From positions 416,001 to 480,000 of the forward strand of contig OZ242180.1 in the NCBI GenBank assembly GCA_965205485.1: 64,000 nucleotides of DNA, given 5' to 3'. The DNA is from Candidatus Latescibacterota bacterium (lineage in GTDB: Bacteria > Latescibacterota > UBA2968 > GCA-2709665). Numbering within the stretch: position 1 is the stretch's first letter; each line of letters starts with the position of its first letter. Shown in pieces: positions 38,723-47,146 of the stretch. A model generated the notes under the pieces. The model was not told where the DNA came from, did not search any database, and saw nothing but the letters and a program-made list of their open reading frames with translations. Both the position numbers and the translations under genes were made by a program.

Positions 38723-40324
38723 TCATTCTCTGCGTGCGTGGTGGTCCCGCTCCAGAAACGCGTTCGCCCAGGCGCTCGTGCCTTTGAGAGCGCCGTCCCT
38801 GAAGACCGCCGGCCCGTCCAGCATCGTCTCCTCCTCGCCGTACGCCTTGAGCCGCTCGTAGGCCAGCGACCAGATGCATTTTTTCTCCCCCACTTCGCAC
38901 CGGCCCCCTCGGGTTCCGCCGCAGGGACCGTTTCGCTGATTCTTGACGCACTGAGACTCGGGACACAGGAACGCGATATCCGGCAGCGAACAATCGCCGC
39001 AGTCCCGGCAATCGAAGCACGGAATCTTCACCGCCTGCTCGGCGCCGTGCAAAACCCTGCGCACCCTGCTTCCGGCGCGGTCGACGGCCTCGAAGAACCT
39101 TCTGCCGATGCGAAAGGCCGGACGATCCTTCTCGAAAACCTGTTCGTGCACGAAGCGGTTTATCTTGTAGGCCGTGGATACGCGGCTTCTGGCGGCCCTC
39201 AACAACTCGGGTTGTTTCGAATGACGATACGCGCGGTTGACCTCGTCCGAACTCAGCCCCGTTTCCCTGTCTGGTTCGAAGAAGAAGAACTCTTCCGGCT
39301 GCTGGAAGCAAATCCCTGAAACGAAGTCTTTCCAGTCCGCGTCTCCGTAACCCCCGCAGATGTCCAGAATCCGCGCATAGTCCTCGAACTTCAGGTGCCC
39401 GCCAAGGTACACCCCGCGGTACCCCAACCCCCGGGCGATTGCGCACTGCTTCGCGGCGAACTCCAGAAAGAAAGCCTTGCCCTTGTCGCGGGAACGGGAA
39501 TGCTTCCGCGTGAGTTCAAGCAACTCGTCGGTTACGATCACGCCGGGGATATTTCCTCCATGGAAGAACCTGGCCGAGGCGGGGCTCAGCACGTACACGT
39601 TTGCAATCGCCGGCGTGCGAAGGCCGCAACGAGCCATGTACTTCAGCAGTTCGTCCTGCTTGCGCGAGTCGTACCCGATCTGGTTGATGATGAACCCCGC
39701 GCCGTTCCGGATCTTTTTTTTAAGCTTGAAGTACTGCGGCATCACCTCGCGTTCGTACCGCTTGTGGTTGTTTGCCACCGCACCCAGGAAGAAACGTGTG
39801 GGCTTCAGGACCTGATCGCCTCTGACGCCTTCGAGCCGCATGCCTGAATTCATCTCCGAGAGCATCTTCAGGAGGCCGACCGAATCCGTATCGAACACGG
39901 CGCCCGCCTGCCCGTGATATCCGGTTGCGGGGTAGTCGCCTGAGAGCGCGAGTACGTTTTCGAATCCTTCGCTTGCCAGCTCCCAGCCCCGGCTGAGCAG
40001 CGCATTCCGGTTCCAGTCCTTGCACGACAGGTGAATGATGACTTCCTTGCCCCGGCCCAGCAGGTCCATCCCCATCGCGTCCGGGCTGTTTGTGGCGTTC
40101 CCGCCGGGATTGTCCGTGATGCTCAGGGCGTGTACGCCGGGGTGGTCGGCCAGCGCCCGCGCGAGATTCAGAACCTGGCGTCCGCGACGCTCGGTGATCA
40201 CCCCCCGGGAATTGACCAGTTCCACGCAGACGACGAACTCGTCCGTTTCCTCGAGCAGATGGCGCAGGGAGCGTTTCTTCCCGTCGTCGGGGGCTGGATC
40301 TGATTTTCCTAAAGTTGCCGCCAT
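38723..40324 (-). CDS. metF: Methylenetetrahydrofolate reductase with C-terminal Cys-rich (MetV-like) domain
   Basis: ITDNPGG, HLSCKDWNR, LALSGD, KKKIRNGAGFIINQ; CRDCGDC...CPESQCVK..NGPCGG..CE..CIW. Confidence 0.85.
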   Translation of the reverse strand: MAATLGKSDPAPDDGKKRSLRHLLEETDEFVVCVELVNSRGVITERRGRQVLNLARALADHPGVHALSITDNPGGNATNSPDAMGMDLLGRGKEVIIHLSCKDWNRNALLSRGWELASEGFENVLALSGDYPATGYHGQAGAVFDTDSVGLLKMLSEMNSGMRLEGVRGDQVLKPTRFFLGAVANNHKRYEREVMPQYFKLKKKIRNGAGFIINQIGYDSRKQDELLKYMARCGLRTPAIANVYVLSPASARFFHGGNIPGVIVTDELLELTRKHSRSRDKGKAFFLEFAAKQCAIARGLGYRGVYLGGHLKFEDYARILDICGGYGDADWKDFVSGICFQQPEEFFFFEPDRETGLSSDEVNRAYRHSKQPELLRAARSRVSTAYKINRFVHEQVFEKDRPAFRIGRRFFEAVDRAGSRVRRVLHGAEQAVKIPCFDCRDCGDCSLPDIAFLCPESQCVKNQRNGPCGGTRGGRCEVGEKKCIWSLAYERLKAYGEEETMLDGPAVFRDGALKGTSAWANAFLERDHHARRE

Positions 40325-40498
40325 GCGAATTTACTCGTGTTTTTGCGGGGGACCTTGGCGCACGGTCCCTCAAAGGCGGGAAGAAGTGAGCCGGAAGAAG
40401 GTAGAGATAACCTGCCTTGAAAGGCTTCTTCTCATGCCGGAGTCAAGAAGGTATAACATACCCGGCGAAGATTTCTTCTCCCGTCTTGCGTCTTGCGT

Positions 40499-42121
40499 CT
40501 ACCCGGCTTTTAGAGAAGGCATCGGCTTGAACTGGCAGCCTTCCACGAACACCTCGAAGAAGTCCGGCGTCGTTTCGAGTTCGACATGCTCGATTTCCTT
40601 CACGAGCGCCTCGACGGTCGCCCTTTTCTCACGCGAAAGCAGGACCTCACGGGCGCCCTGGACAGCCGCATTTCCCGTCTTCACCACGCGTTCCTCGTCG
40701 ACCGGCGCCAGGAATCCGATCTCGATCGCGTTCCGCACGTCCACGTAATTCGCGAATCCCCCGGCCAGGTATAGTGTGTCGATATCTTCCGGCCCAACCC
40801 CGAGGTGTCGCATCAGGATGAACTGTCCACAGAAATTCGCGGCCTTGGCCTGGGCCAGGTTGCTGGCGTCTTCGCGGGACAGCGTGATCCCGTAATCCGG
40901 GACAACCGGGATCTCGAAGGACCGGTCGGCAAACATCCCTTTGGGCGCCATGAGTTCGTGCCGCCGTAACTCCGCCAGCAGATCGATCAACCCGGACCCG
41001 CACATTCCCTCCGGCTCGACGTTTCCAATGGTCCTGTACTGGAACCCGCCGTCTTGCAGACGGATCGACTCGATGGCGCCCTCGTGGCCGGGCATCCCGT
41101 ACCGGACCAGCCCGCCCTCGAACGCGGGCCCGGCCGGACACGAGGCAGTGAGCAGTCCGTTGGCGCCTCGCACCACCACCTCGGTATTGGTCCCCACGTC
41201 CACCAGCATCACGACGCCATCCTGAGACATCAGGTCCGTCGCCAGGAGGTCTGCCGCCGTATCCGCCCCCACGTGGCTGGCGATCAGGGGCATCCCGTAG
41301 ACCTTTGCCCGCGGATTGGCGCGCAGCCCCAGTCGCCTGGAACCCTCCAGCAGGGAAGTCGTCTCCCGCACGCCCTTGAGAAATGCGTGCTCCACGCGGG
41401 ACTTGTACGGTCTCTGGCCGATGCTCTGCACGTCCAGCTTGAAGAAGATGTCCCGCATCGTGGCGTTTCCCGCCACGACGATCTCGTAGATTTCCTGCCG
41501 GACAAACCCGAATCTTCTTCCCAGATCGAGGATTTCGTGGTTGATCGCGTTGACGACCGCTTTCTGCAGTTCACCCTGAAACTCCCCGTCGTAGGAGATG
41601 CGATTCATCACGTCGCTGCCGCCGAAACGCTGCGGGTTCTCGAACGAACTCACGTGGACACTCTTGCCCGTGGCCAGATCCACCAGGTCCATGACCACCG
41701 TTGTCGTGCCCAGATCGATCGCGATTCCGTAAAGGTGGCCGCGATACCTGTCGACGGCGACGCCGTCATAATAAACAACGTCCCCCAGGCGCGTGACCAG
41801 GGGGTCCGGATCCAGCGATTTTTCCAGGGAATGTGAAAGAATCCTGGGTTTGCGCCTCAACGGCGAGAACTCGATATCGGCTTCGTCGTTTTCAACCACC
41901 GCCTGACAGGCGAGGCGGTAATTCTCCCGCAGGAACGACTCCACGTCGTTCCGCGGCCGCAATGCGTCCATCCCGCACCCGATTTCAACCACGCACTCGT
42001 GACAGTGTCCGGTGCGTCCGCAGGAAGTGGGCACCTGGACCGCCAGTTCGTCCGCATAGTCGAATATCGTCTTCCCGGCTGCCAGCGCCCGCCTCTTCCC
42101 GTCGTGAGATATGGTACCCAT
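40499..42121 (-). CDS. ASKHA-type reductive activator of corrinoid proteins (RACo/DUF4445) with N-terminal 2Fe-2S domain
   Basis: SCGRTGHCHEC...RLACQ, IDLGTTT, DVGTNTE, AGPAFEGG, GMCGSG; start ATG 42121. Confidence 0.9.
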   Translation of the reverse strand: MGTISHDGKRRALAAGKTIFDYADELAVQVPTSCGRTGHCHECVVEIGCGMDALRPRNDVESFLRENYRLACQAVVENDEADIEFSPLRRKPRILSHSLEKSLDPDPLVTRLGDVVYYDGVAVDRYRGHLYGIAIDLGTTTVVMDLVDLATGKSVHVSSFENPQRFGGSDVMNRISYDGEFQGELQKAVVNAINHEILDLGRRFGFVRQEIYEIVVAGNATMRDIFFKLDVQSIGQRPYKSRVEHAFLKGVRETTSLLEGSRRLGLRANPRAKVYGMPLIASHVGADTAADLLATDLMSQDGVVMLVDVGTNTEVVVRGANGLLTASCPAGPAFEGGLVRYGMPGHEGAIESIRLQDGGFQYRTIGNVEPEGMCGSGLIDLLAELRRHELMAPKGMFADRSFEIPVVPDYGITLSREDASNLAQAKAANFCGQFILMRHLGVGPEDIDTLYLAGGFANYVDVRNAIEIGFLAPVDEERVVKTGNAAVQGAREVLLSREKRATVEALVKEIEHVELETTPDFFEVFVEGCQFKPMPSLKAG

Positions 42122-42126
42122 GCGTA

Positions 42127-42402
42127 CTATTCGTCGCCCCCGACGAATGCGCCCAGTTTCTCCTCCGTTTCCCAGGCGCCGCGGTAGTCCAGCTTGTCGT
42201 CTCCACCGCACATCAGCAGCGTTCCGCCCGGACGCGGCCTCCGCTGATTTCTGCAGCCGAACCTGGCGGTACACTCGTCGAAACGGTTCTTGTACGGGCA
42301 CCGTACGGTTGAGAGTTCATCGGCATGGGCGATCATGCCGGCAAACAGTTCCGTGATCCTGTCCAGCCGCTTCTGATATTCCTCTTTTTCGATCTTATGC
42401 AC
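42127..42402 (-). CDS. Small uncharacterised four-Cys protein
   Basis: Fills the gap between the corrinoid and RACo genes; RCPYKN..ECTARFGCRNQ...MCGGD; GTG start inferred. Confidence 0.65.
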   Translation of the reverse strand: MHKIEKEEYQKRLDRITELFAGMIAHADELSTVRCPYKNRFDECTARFGCRNQRRPRPGGTLLMCGGDDKLDYRGAWETEEKLGAFVGGDE

Positions 42403-42410
42403 GGTCGGGC

Positions 42411-43181
42411 TCAGGGGTTCAGGTTGGTCTCTACCTTCATCTCTTCGAGCAGGTCTTTGGCCAGGGCCACGCACGCCATCGCGTCTTTTCCGTACCCGTC
42501 CGCGCCCATATCGTCGGCGAATTCCTGCGTGACGGGCGCGCCACCCACCATGATCTTGACGTCTTCACGCAAATCCGCATCGATGAACGCCTCGATCGTC
42601 TTGCCCATATTCGGCATGGTTGTCGTCAGCAGCGCCGACATCCCAAGCAGCGGAGCACCGTGTTCCTCCACGGCATCCATGAATTCGTCCTCCGACGTGT
42701 CCACCCCCAGATCGTGAACGACAAACCCCGCGCCACGAAGCATCATGATGCACAGGTTCTTTCCAATGTCGTGCAGGTCGCCCTTTACAGTTCCCATGAT
42801 GACCGTTCCGATCGGCTCGATGCCCGACGCGGAGAGAATGGGTTCGATATAGGCCATGCCGGCCTTCATCGCCCGGGCGCAGGCCAGCACTTCCGGAACG
42901 AAGATGAAGTTCTCCCGGAACTTGATCCCGACAATGCCCATTCCCGCGATCAACCCGTCGTCCATCACCTCCAGCGCCCCGGTTCCTGCATCCAGTGCGG
43001 CTTTGGTCAACGCGTCCACTTCGTGATGGTCGCCGTCGATCAGGGCCGCGGCAATGGCCTGCATATCGGGAGTGACTCCGGCAAACGTGGCGATCGCCCG
43101 CTCCCGTTCTTCTTCCCGCTCGAGGAACTCCTCGATTTCGTCGCGGATGAATTCGTTTCCAATATCGGTAATTTCCGCCAT
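42411..43181 (-). CDS. Cobalamin-binding (corrinoid) protein
   Basis: FVPEVL cap domain, GDLHDIGKN (DxHxxG), SALLTTT, MVGGAP. Confidence 0.95.
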   Translation of the reverse strand: MAEITDIGNEFIRDEIEEFLEREEERERAIATFAGVTPDMQAIAAALIDGDHHEVDALTKAALDAGTGALEVMDDGLIAGMGIVGIKFRENFIFVPEVLACARAMKAGMAYIEPILSASGIEPIGTVIMGTVKGDLHDIGKNLCIMMLRGAGFVVHDLGVDTSEDEFMDAVEEHGAPLLGMSALLTTTMPNMGKTIEAFIDADLREDVKIMVGGAPVTQEFADDMGADGYGKDAMACVALAKDLLEEMKVETNLNP

Positions 43182-43199
43182 TATTCACCTGCCCCCTTA

Positions 43200-43411
43200 G
43201 AAGCTGTCTTAAAATTCCCAGCAGTCTTCGCACGGCTGCAAAAGCGCCGGTCGGCGTTGGTCAAACCCGCCCAAGAGTGGCGAGGGGCGCGCAGCCACGA
43301 TACATTGGATATGGGCGAGTTTTCCCGTCGGCGCTGCACGCCCTTCGCGCCTCATAACCGCCGCTTTTTCGCTCGCGCTCGGGAACTCACCGGTAATTTT
43401 AAGACAGCTTC
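43200..43411. mobile_element. MITE family A, copy 2
   Basis: Perfect 17-bp TIR GAAGCTGTCTTAAAATT; TTA direct repeat on both flanks. Confidence 0.88.
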
Positions 43412-44457
43412 TTATCCGCCGGCGTCTCCCGGTGCCAGTCCCGGACCGCACCTGGAATCTCCTTCAGGTTTTCGATTGACGTCTGCAGCGGGATGGCGCA
43501 CTCCGGACCCACGAGATGCACGCCTGCGTCCAGGTTCCTGAAAACCTCCTGCCTCACGGCTTCAGGCCCTTTTGAAAACAGCGTTTCCGGATTGTTGATG
43601 TTGCCCACCAGCGAGATCCGCTCCTTAACCGCCGCCATGGACTCTCCCGGTTCGTTCTTCGAGTCGTAATGGAACGCGGACATCCCGGTCTGCGCGATGT
43701 ACTCCATACGATCGACGGTCCGCCCGCAGATGTGCAGAATCAGCGGAATGGGGATCCTCTCCACGAACTCGATATGCAGGTCACGCAGATACCGCTTGTA
43801 GTATTCCCCGCTCACGAGGTCGCCCGTCGCGTGATCGGGCAGCGTGAGCGCATCAGCGCCCGCCTCGATCTGCGCCACCCCGAAGTCCACCGTCACTTCC
43901 TTCATCCTGTCCAGACATGCCTTTGTCTTGTCCGGGTCGTCCAGCGACATGAGCAGAAAGGGCTCCACGCCGAAGCAGTGGTATCCCAGCGACCATGGGC
44001 CCATTGTCTTGCCGATGACGGCCACGGCGTCTCCGTATTCCTTTTTCAGAATCCGGATCGCGTCCAGTACGCACTTCGTATCCTGGTGCGTGAGCAGGTC
44101 CGGCGGAATCTGAATGTCGTCCACGTCTTCCCAGATGGGCTCGCGCATCCTCACGGTGGGCCAGTTGTCTTTCTGCTCCCACTGGATCTTGCAGCCCATT
44201 GCGGACGACTCCTGGATAATTGTGAACACCGGCATGATCGAATCGAACCCCAACTCCGTATGCCCGGTGGCGGCAAGACGGGCCATCAGTTCCGGATCGC
44301 GGTTCGCATCCGGAAATGGCGCGTCCACGAGATCCATCAACTCCACGGTCGCCACCGACGTTGGATTGCACACGGGCGTCCGGTCCACCGGCTCCCGGTT
44401 CAGCGCCGCCAGAACACGCTCGCGGCCGGTCATTGGACCCACTGTGCGAGTCGCCAT
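43399..44457 (-). CDS. MtaA/CmuA-family (URO-D fold) methyltransferase
   Basis: RERVLAAL..VDRTPV, GKTMGPW, QIEAGAD, Zn ligands LHICG and GPEC, LVGNI; AGGAG RBS. Confidence 0.88.
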   Translation of the reverse strand: MATRTVGPMTGRERVLAALNREPVDRTPVCNPTSVATVELMDLVDAPFPDANRDPELMARLAATGHTELGFDSIMPVFTIIQESSAMGCKIQWEQKDNWPTVRMREPIWEDVDDIQIPPDLLTHQDTKCVLDAIRILKKEYGDAVAVIGKTMGPWSLGYHCFGVEPFLLMSLDDPDKTKACLDRMKEVTVDFGVAQIEAGADALTLPDHATGDLVSGEYYKRYLRDLHIEFVERIPIPLILHICGRTVDRMEYIAQTGMSAFHYDSKNEPGESMAAVKERISLVGNINNPETLFSKGPEAVRQEVFRNLDAGVHLVGPECAIPLQTSIENLKEIPGAVRDWHRETPADKKLS

Positions 44458-44503
44458 GTTCCAAGTCTCCTGTCTGTAACCTCGTTTACGCGGCCCGCCG
44501 GCG

Positions 44504-45133
44504 CTACCGCTGCTGGCTGGGCGCAGCCAGGACGCCGCGGGCGCCCGACGTCTCCTGTTCGCGAACCGCCGCCCGGACGTTTGGGGCCCGGACCAGAAGC
44601 AGTCCCACAACAGCGTCGTGGTCGTATCCGCACGAAAACAAGACCGTATCCGGGCTTAGGGACTGCATTTCACCGAGCTTGGCCAGCCCGCCCGCGATTG
44701 CCGAAATTCTCCGCGCGGCGTCCCTTCCCTCCCCCTCAGCCTCGACGCGGTACTCGCCGCTGCCCGCACGGGACACCCTGATGTTCAATCCGGACTTCCT
44801 GTCGACGATCGTCAGCGGACGGGCTTTCAGTTCGCCGCCGGAAGCCAGCTTGCACGCTTCGAGAAAGACCCGCCGGCAGGCCAGTTCGTGCGCTTCTCCG
44901 CACGGAAACCGCAGCAGCCCGTCGGGTGTCTGCACCATTCCGCCCAGCACCGCCATCCCATTGGTGACGAATGCGATCCGCTGGTCGGCCCCTGCTCTTC
45001 CGCTGTACGTATGTACGCGATACACGGGAGCCCCATCGTGATCCTGGCTGTAGAGGCCAATCGTGATATCACGAAAATGCGGATCCATGGGCACCAGTTC
45101 GATGCGCGTTCCGATATCGATGGTTTGGCCCAT
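44504..45133 (-). CDS. Uncharacterised protein with two internal repeats carrying FxCGxxH
   Basis: First gene of the cluster, GGAGG RBS; YRV...R...G...LG.M...F.CG..H occurs twice. Confidence 0.75.
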   Translation of the reverse strand: MGQTIDIGTRIELVPMDPHFRDITIGLYSQDHDGAPVYRVHTYSGRAGADQRIAFVTNGMAVLGGMVQTPDGLLRFPCGEAHELACRRVFLEACKLASGGELKARPLTIVDRKSGLNIRVSRAGSGEYRVEAEGEGRDAARRISAIAGGLAKLGEMQSLSPDTVLFSCGYDHDAVVGLLLVRAPNVRAAVREQETSGARGVLAAPSQQR

Positions 45134-45200
45134 TGTGCCATCCTCCGGCAAGTTTTCCCTTGACAGCAGGGAACCCCGTCTGTTCTTTTACTGTTATGAT

Positions 45201-45216
45201 GATGGTCAGACCAATT
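45201..45216. promoter_or_regulatory. FadR-subfamily GntR operator
   Basis: gaTGGTCAGACCAatt matches the TGGTnnnACCA FadR/PdhR/LldR-type palindrome, between divergent genes. Confidence 0.75.
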
Positions 45217-45318
45217 CTGGATTTAAGGGTAACCTAAATAGAAGCCATTGTAAAGCGAAATCTTTCTGGCGCGACGAACTGGCGGCTTCGCGCATCAAGA
45301 AGAAAGGTTTAAGATATC

Positions 45319-46086
45319 GTGACTCGAAAACCGAAGGCCCCGGCACTCGAGCAGATGACGCCCGTCAGACGCACGTCGCTGAGCGACGAAATCGTCGGCC
45401 AGATCATCGACCTGATCTCTCGGGACGTGCTGAAACCGGGCGATCAGCTGCCGCCGGAACGAAGCCTGTGCAAACAGTTCGGGGTCGGCCGGACCTCCCT
45501 CAGGGAAGCCCTCCGTACACTCTCCGTGATGGGCATCCTGGAACCCCGGGTGGGTGAGGGTACGTTCGTCAGCGACAATACTGGCCGATACCTGGAGAAA
45601 TCCCTGAGCTGGGGCCTGCTGCTGGATCCGAAGGAAGTCACGGACCTCGTGGAAACGCGGCTAATGCTGGAATCCCGTAATGCATTCCTTGCCGCCGGGC
45701 GCGCCACGGAAGCCGACCTCCTTGAATTCGAGCGGACGACCCGTGGAATCGAGGCATCTCTGAACCGGCCCGGCGAATTCCTGGAATTCGACGTACAGTT
45801 CCATCTGGCCATTGCCCGGGCAACCCAGAATTCTATCCTCTGCAACCTCCTCGTGATGATTCGCAACTACCTTCAGGAATGGATCCGGGCCAGCCTGGAG
45901 GAACCCGCGACCCATACGGTGGAGGTGCGGGCCCGGATGTCGGTGGAAGAACACGTAAAAATCGTGCGGGCCATCCGGAAACGCGACGCCGAAGCCGCAC
46001 AGCGGGCCATGGAGGAGCACATTCTGTCCAGCAGCGTGGACCTGCGGGCGCGTATCGACGGTGATTCCGAAAACCGATCGGGGTGA
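45319..46086 (+). CDS. FadR/GntR family transcriptional regulator
   Basis: LKPGDQLPPERSL...FGVGRTSLREAL..GEGTFV; FCD domain DVQFHLAIA, EHVKI. Confidence 0.93.
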   Translation: MTRKPKAPALEQMTPVRRTSLSDEIVGQIIDLISRDVLKPGDQLPPERSLCKQFGVGRTSLREALRTLSVMGILEPRVGEGTFVSDNTGRYLEKSLSWGLLLDPKEVTDLVETRLMLESRNAFLAAGRATEADLLEFERTTRGIEASLNRPGEFLEFDVQFHLAIARATQNSILCNLLVMIRNYLQEWIRASLEEPATHTVEVRARMSVEEHVKIVRAIRKRDAEAAQRAMEEHILSSSVDLRARIDGDSENRSG

Positions 46087-46111
46087 GACGCTAACCGTCC
46101 GGCAGGTATAC

Positions 46112-46275
46112 GGTGTCCCGTCCTGGAAATATGTCACCATTCTTCGGCCGATTCATCCCGTCTTGCTTCGTTGCCTTCGCTCGCTGACCTTGCCCAGGTC
46201 ACCTCGCTCAGGCGCCTTGCCAGCCGGGCGACTCGGCCACCGAATTTCGGCAACCTATTTCCAGGACAGAACACT
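46112..46275. mobile_element. MITE family B, copy 2 (inverted)
   Basis: TIRs GGTGTCCCGTCCTGGAAAT / ATTTCCAGGACAGAACACT; contains the stop codon of the HAD gene. Confidence 0.8.
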
Positions 46276-47112
46276 CGCCACGGTCTTCGAGAACCCTTCA
46301 TGCTCCAGCGGTTCGCACGTCCGCACGCCCGCCTCGGCGGCTGAATCCCTGGTCAGACGGTCCGCGTTTCCCATCAGCACGCCGATGCCCGCCGCCTTCA
46401 GCATCGGCAGGTCGTTATCCCCGTCTCCAATCGCAAGCGACTGGGCAAGGGCGACGCCGCACGCATCGCAGATCTCCCGCAATGCCACCGCCTTGTTCAC
46501 GTCCGGATGCATGATCTCGATCCGGTCGTCGCCCGTGCGGGCGAGATAGAACCGCCGCCCGAACGCCGCACGCATCCTCTCGAACAAGTCTTCCCGTCGA
46601 CCGGGACCGGGCAGCAAGATCATCTTCGGCGGGGGAACCAGATCCCGCGCCATGGACAACAGGTCCGGCTCCAGCACGATATTCACGCCCGTCATCCGCA
46701 CAAGATTTCGGATCCACGCGGTCTCTTCGTCCGTAATATAGGCCTCGCTGAGGCCGGTCTGATCGGTCTCGCACCGGCAATAGATGAAGTTCACACCACT
46801 ATTGCCGACAAAATCAACAAGATCGGGAAAGCCATCCGCCGGCAATCGCTGTTCGTGCAGCAACGACCGCTCGTTATCCGCGCCGGTTCCCAGCACCATC
46901 GCGCCGTTGTAGCTTCCGACACTCAAAACCGGCCGGACATCCGGGGGAAACGGCGCCAGGCTCTTCCCCACGTTTCGACCGCTGATCGACGCCATCGCGA
47001 TTCCGGCTCGCGCCAGCCGTCGAAGCGCCTCGACAGTCGTGCTTGACATCCGGCCCCTGTCGTCGAGCAGCGTACCATCCAGATCGAACGCCACGAGCCG
47101 CACGTCACCCAT
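46255..47112 (-). CDS. Cof-type HAD-IIB hydrolase
   Basis: FDLDGTLL, ISGR, NKA, GDGDNDLPM. Confidence 0.9.
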   Translation of the reverse strand: MGDVRLVAFDLDGTLLDDRGRMSSTTVEALRRLARAGIAMASISGRNVGKSLAPFPPDVRPVLSVGSYNGAMVLGTGADNERSLLHEQRLPADGFPDLVDFVGNSGVNFIYCRCETDQTGLSEAYITDEETAWIRNLVRMTGVNIVLEPDLLSMARDLVPPPKMILLPGPGRREDLFERMRAAFGRRFYLARTGDDRIEIMHPDVNKAVALREICDACGVALAQSLAIGDGDNDLPMLKAAGIGVLMGNADRLTRDSAAEAGVRTCEPLEHEGFSKTVASVLSWK

Positions 47113-47146
47113 TCTGCCGACCTCCCGACGACATACCGATATCCCT

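Noticed and set aside
44486..44506. Possible pyrrolysine read-through of the TAG in the methyl-transfer cluster
   Set aside because: Read-through adds only RRRAA before TAA; no MttB/MtmB homology and no pyl genes seen
45134..45318. Cobalamin riboswitch (AGGGAA seed at ~45168)
   Set aside because: Lacks the downstream conserved B12-box elements and lies on the wrong strand for the cluster
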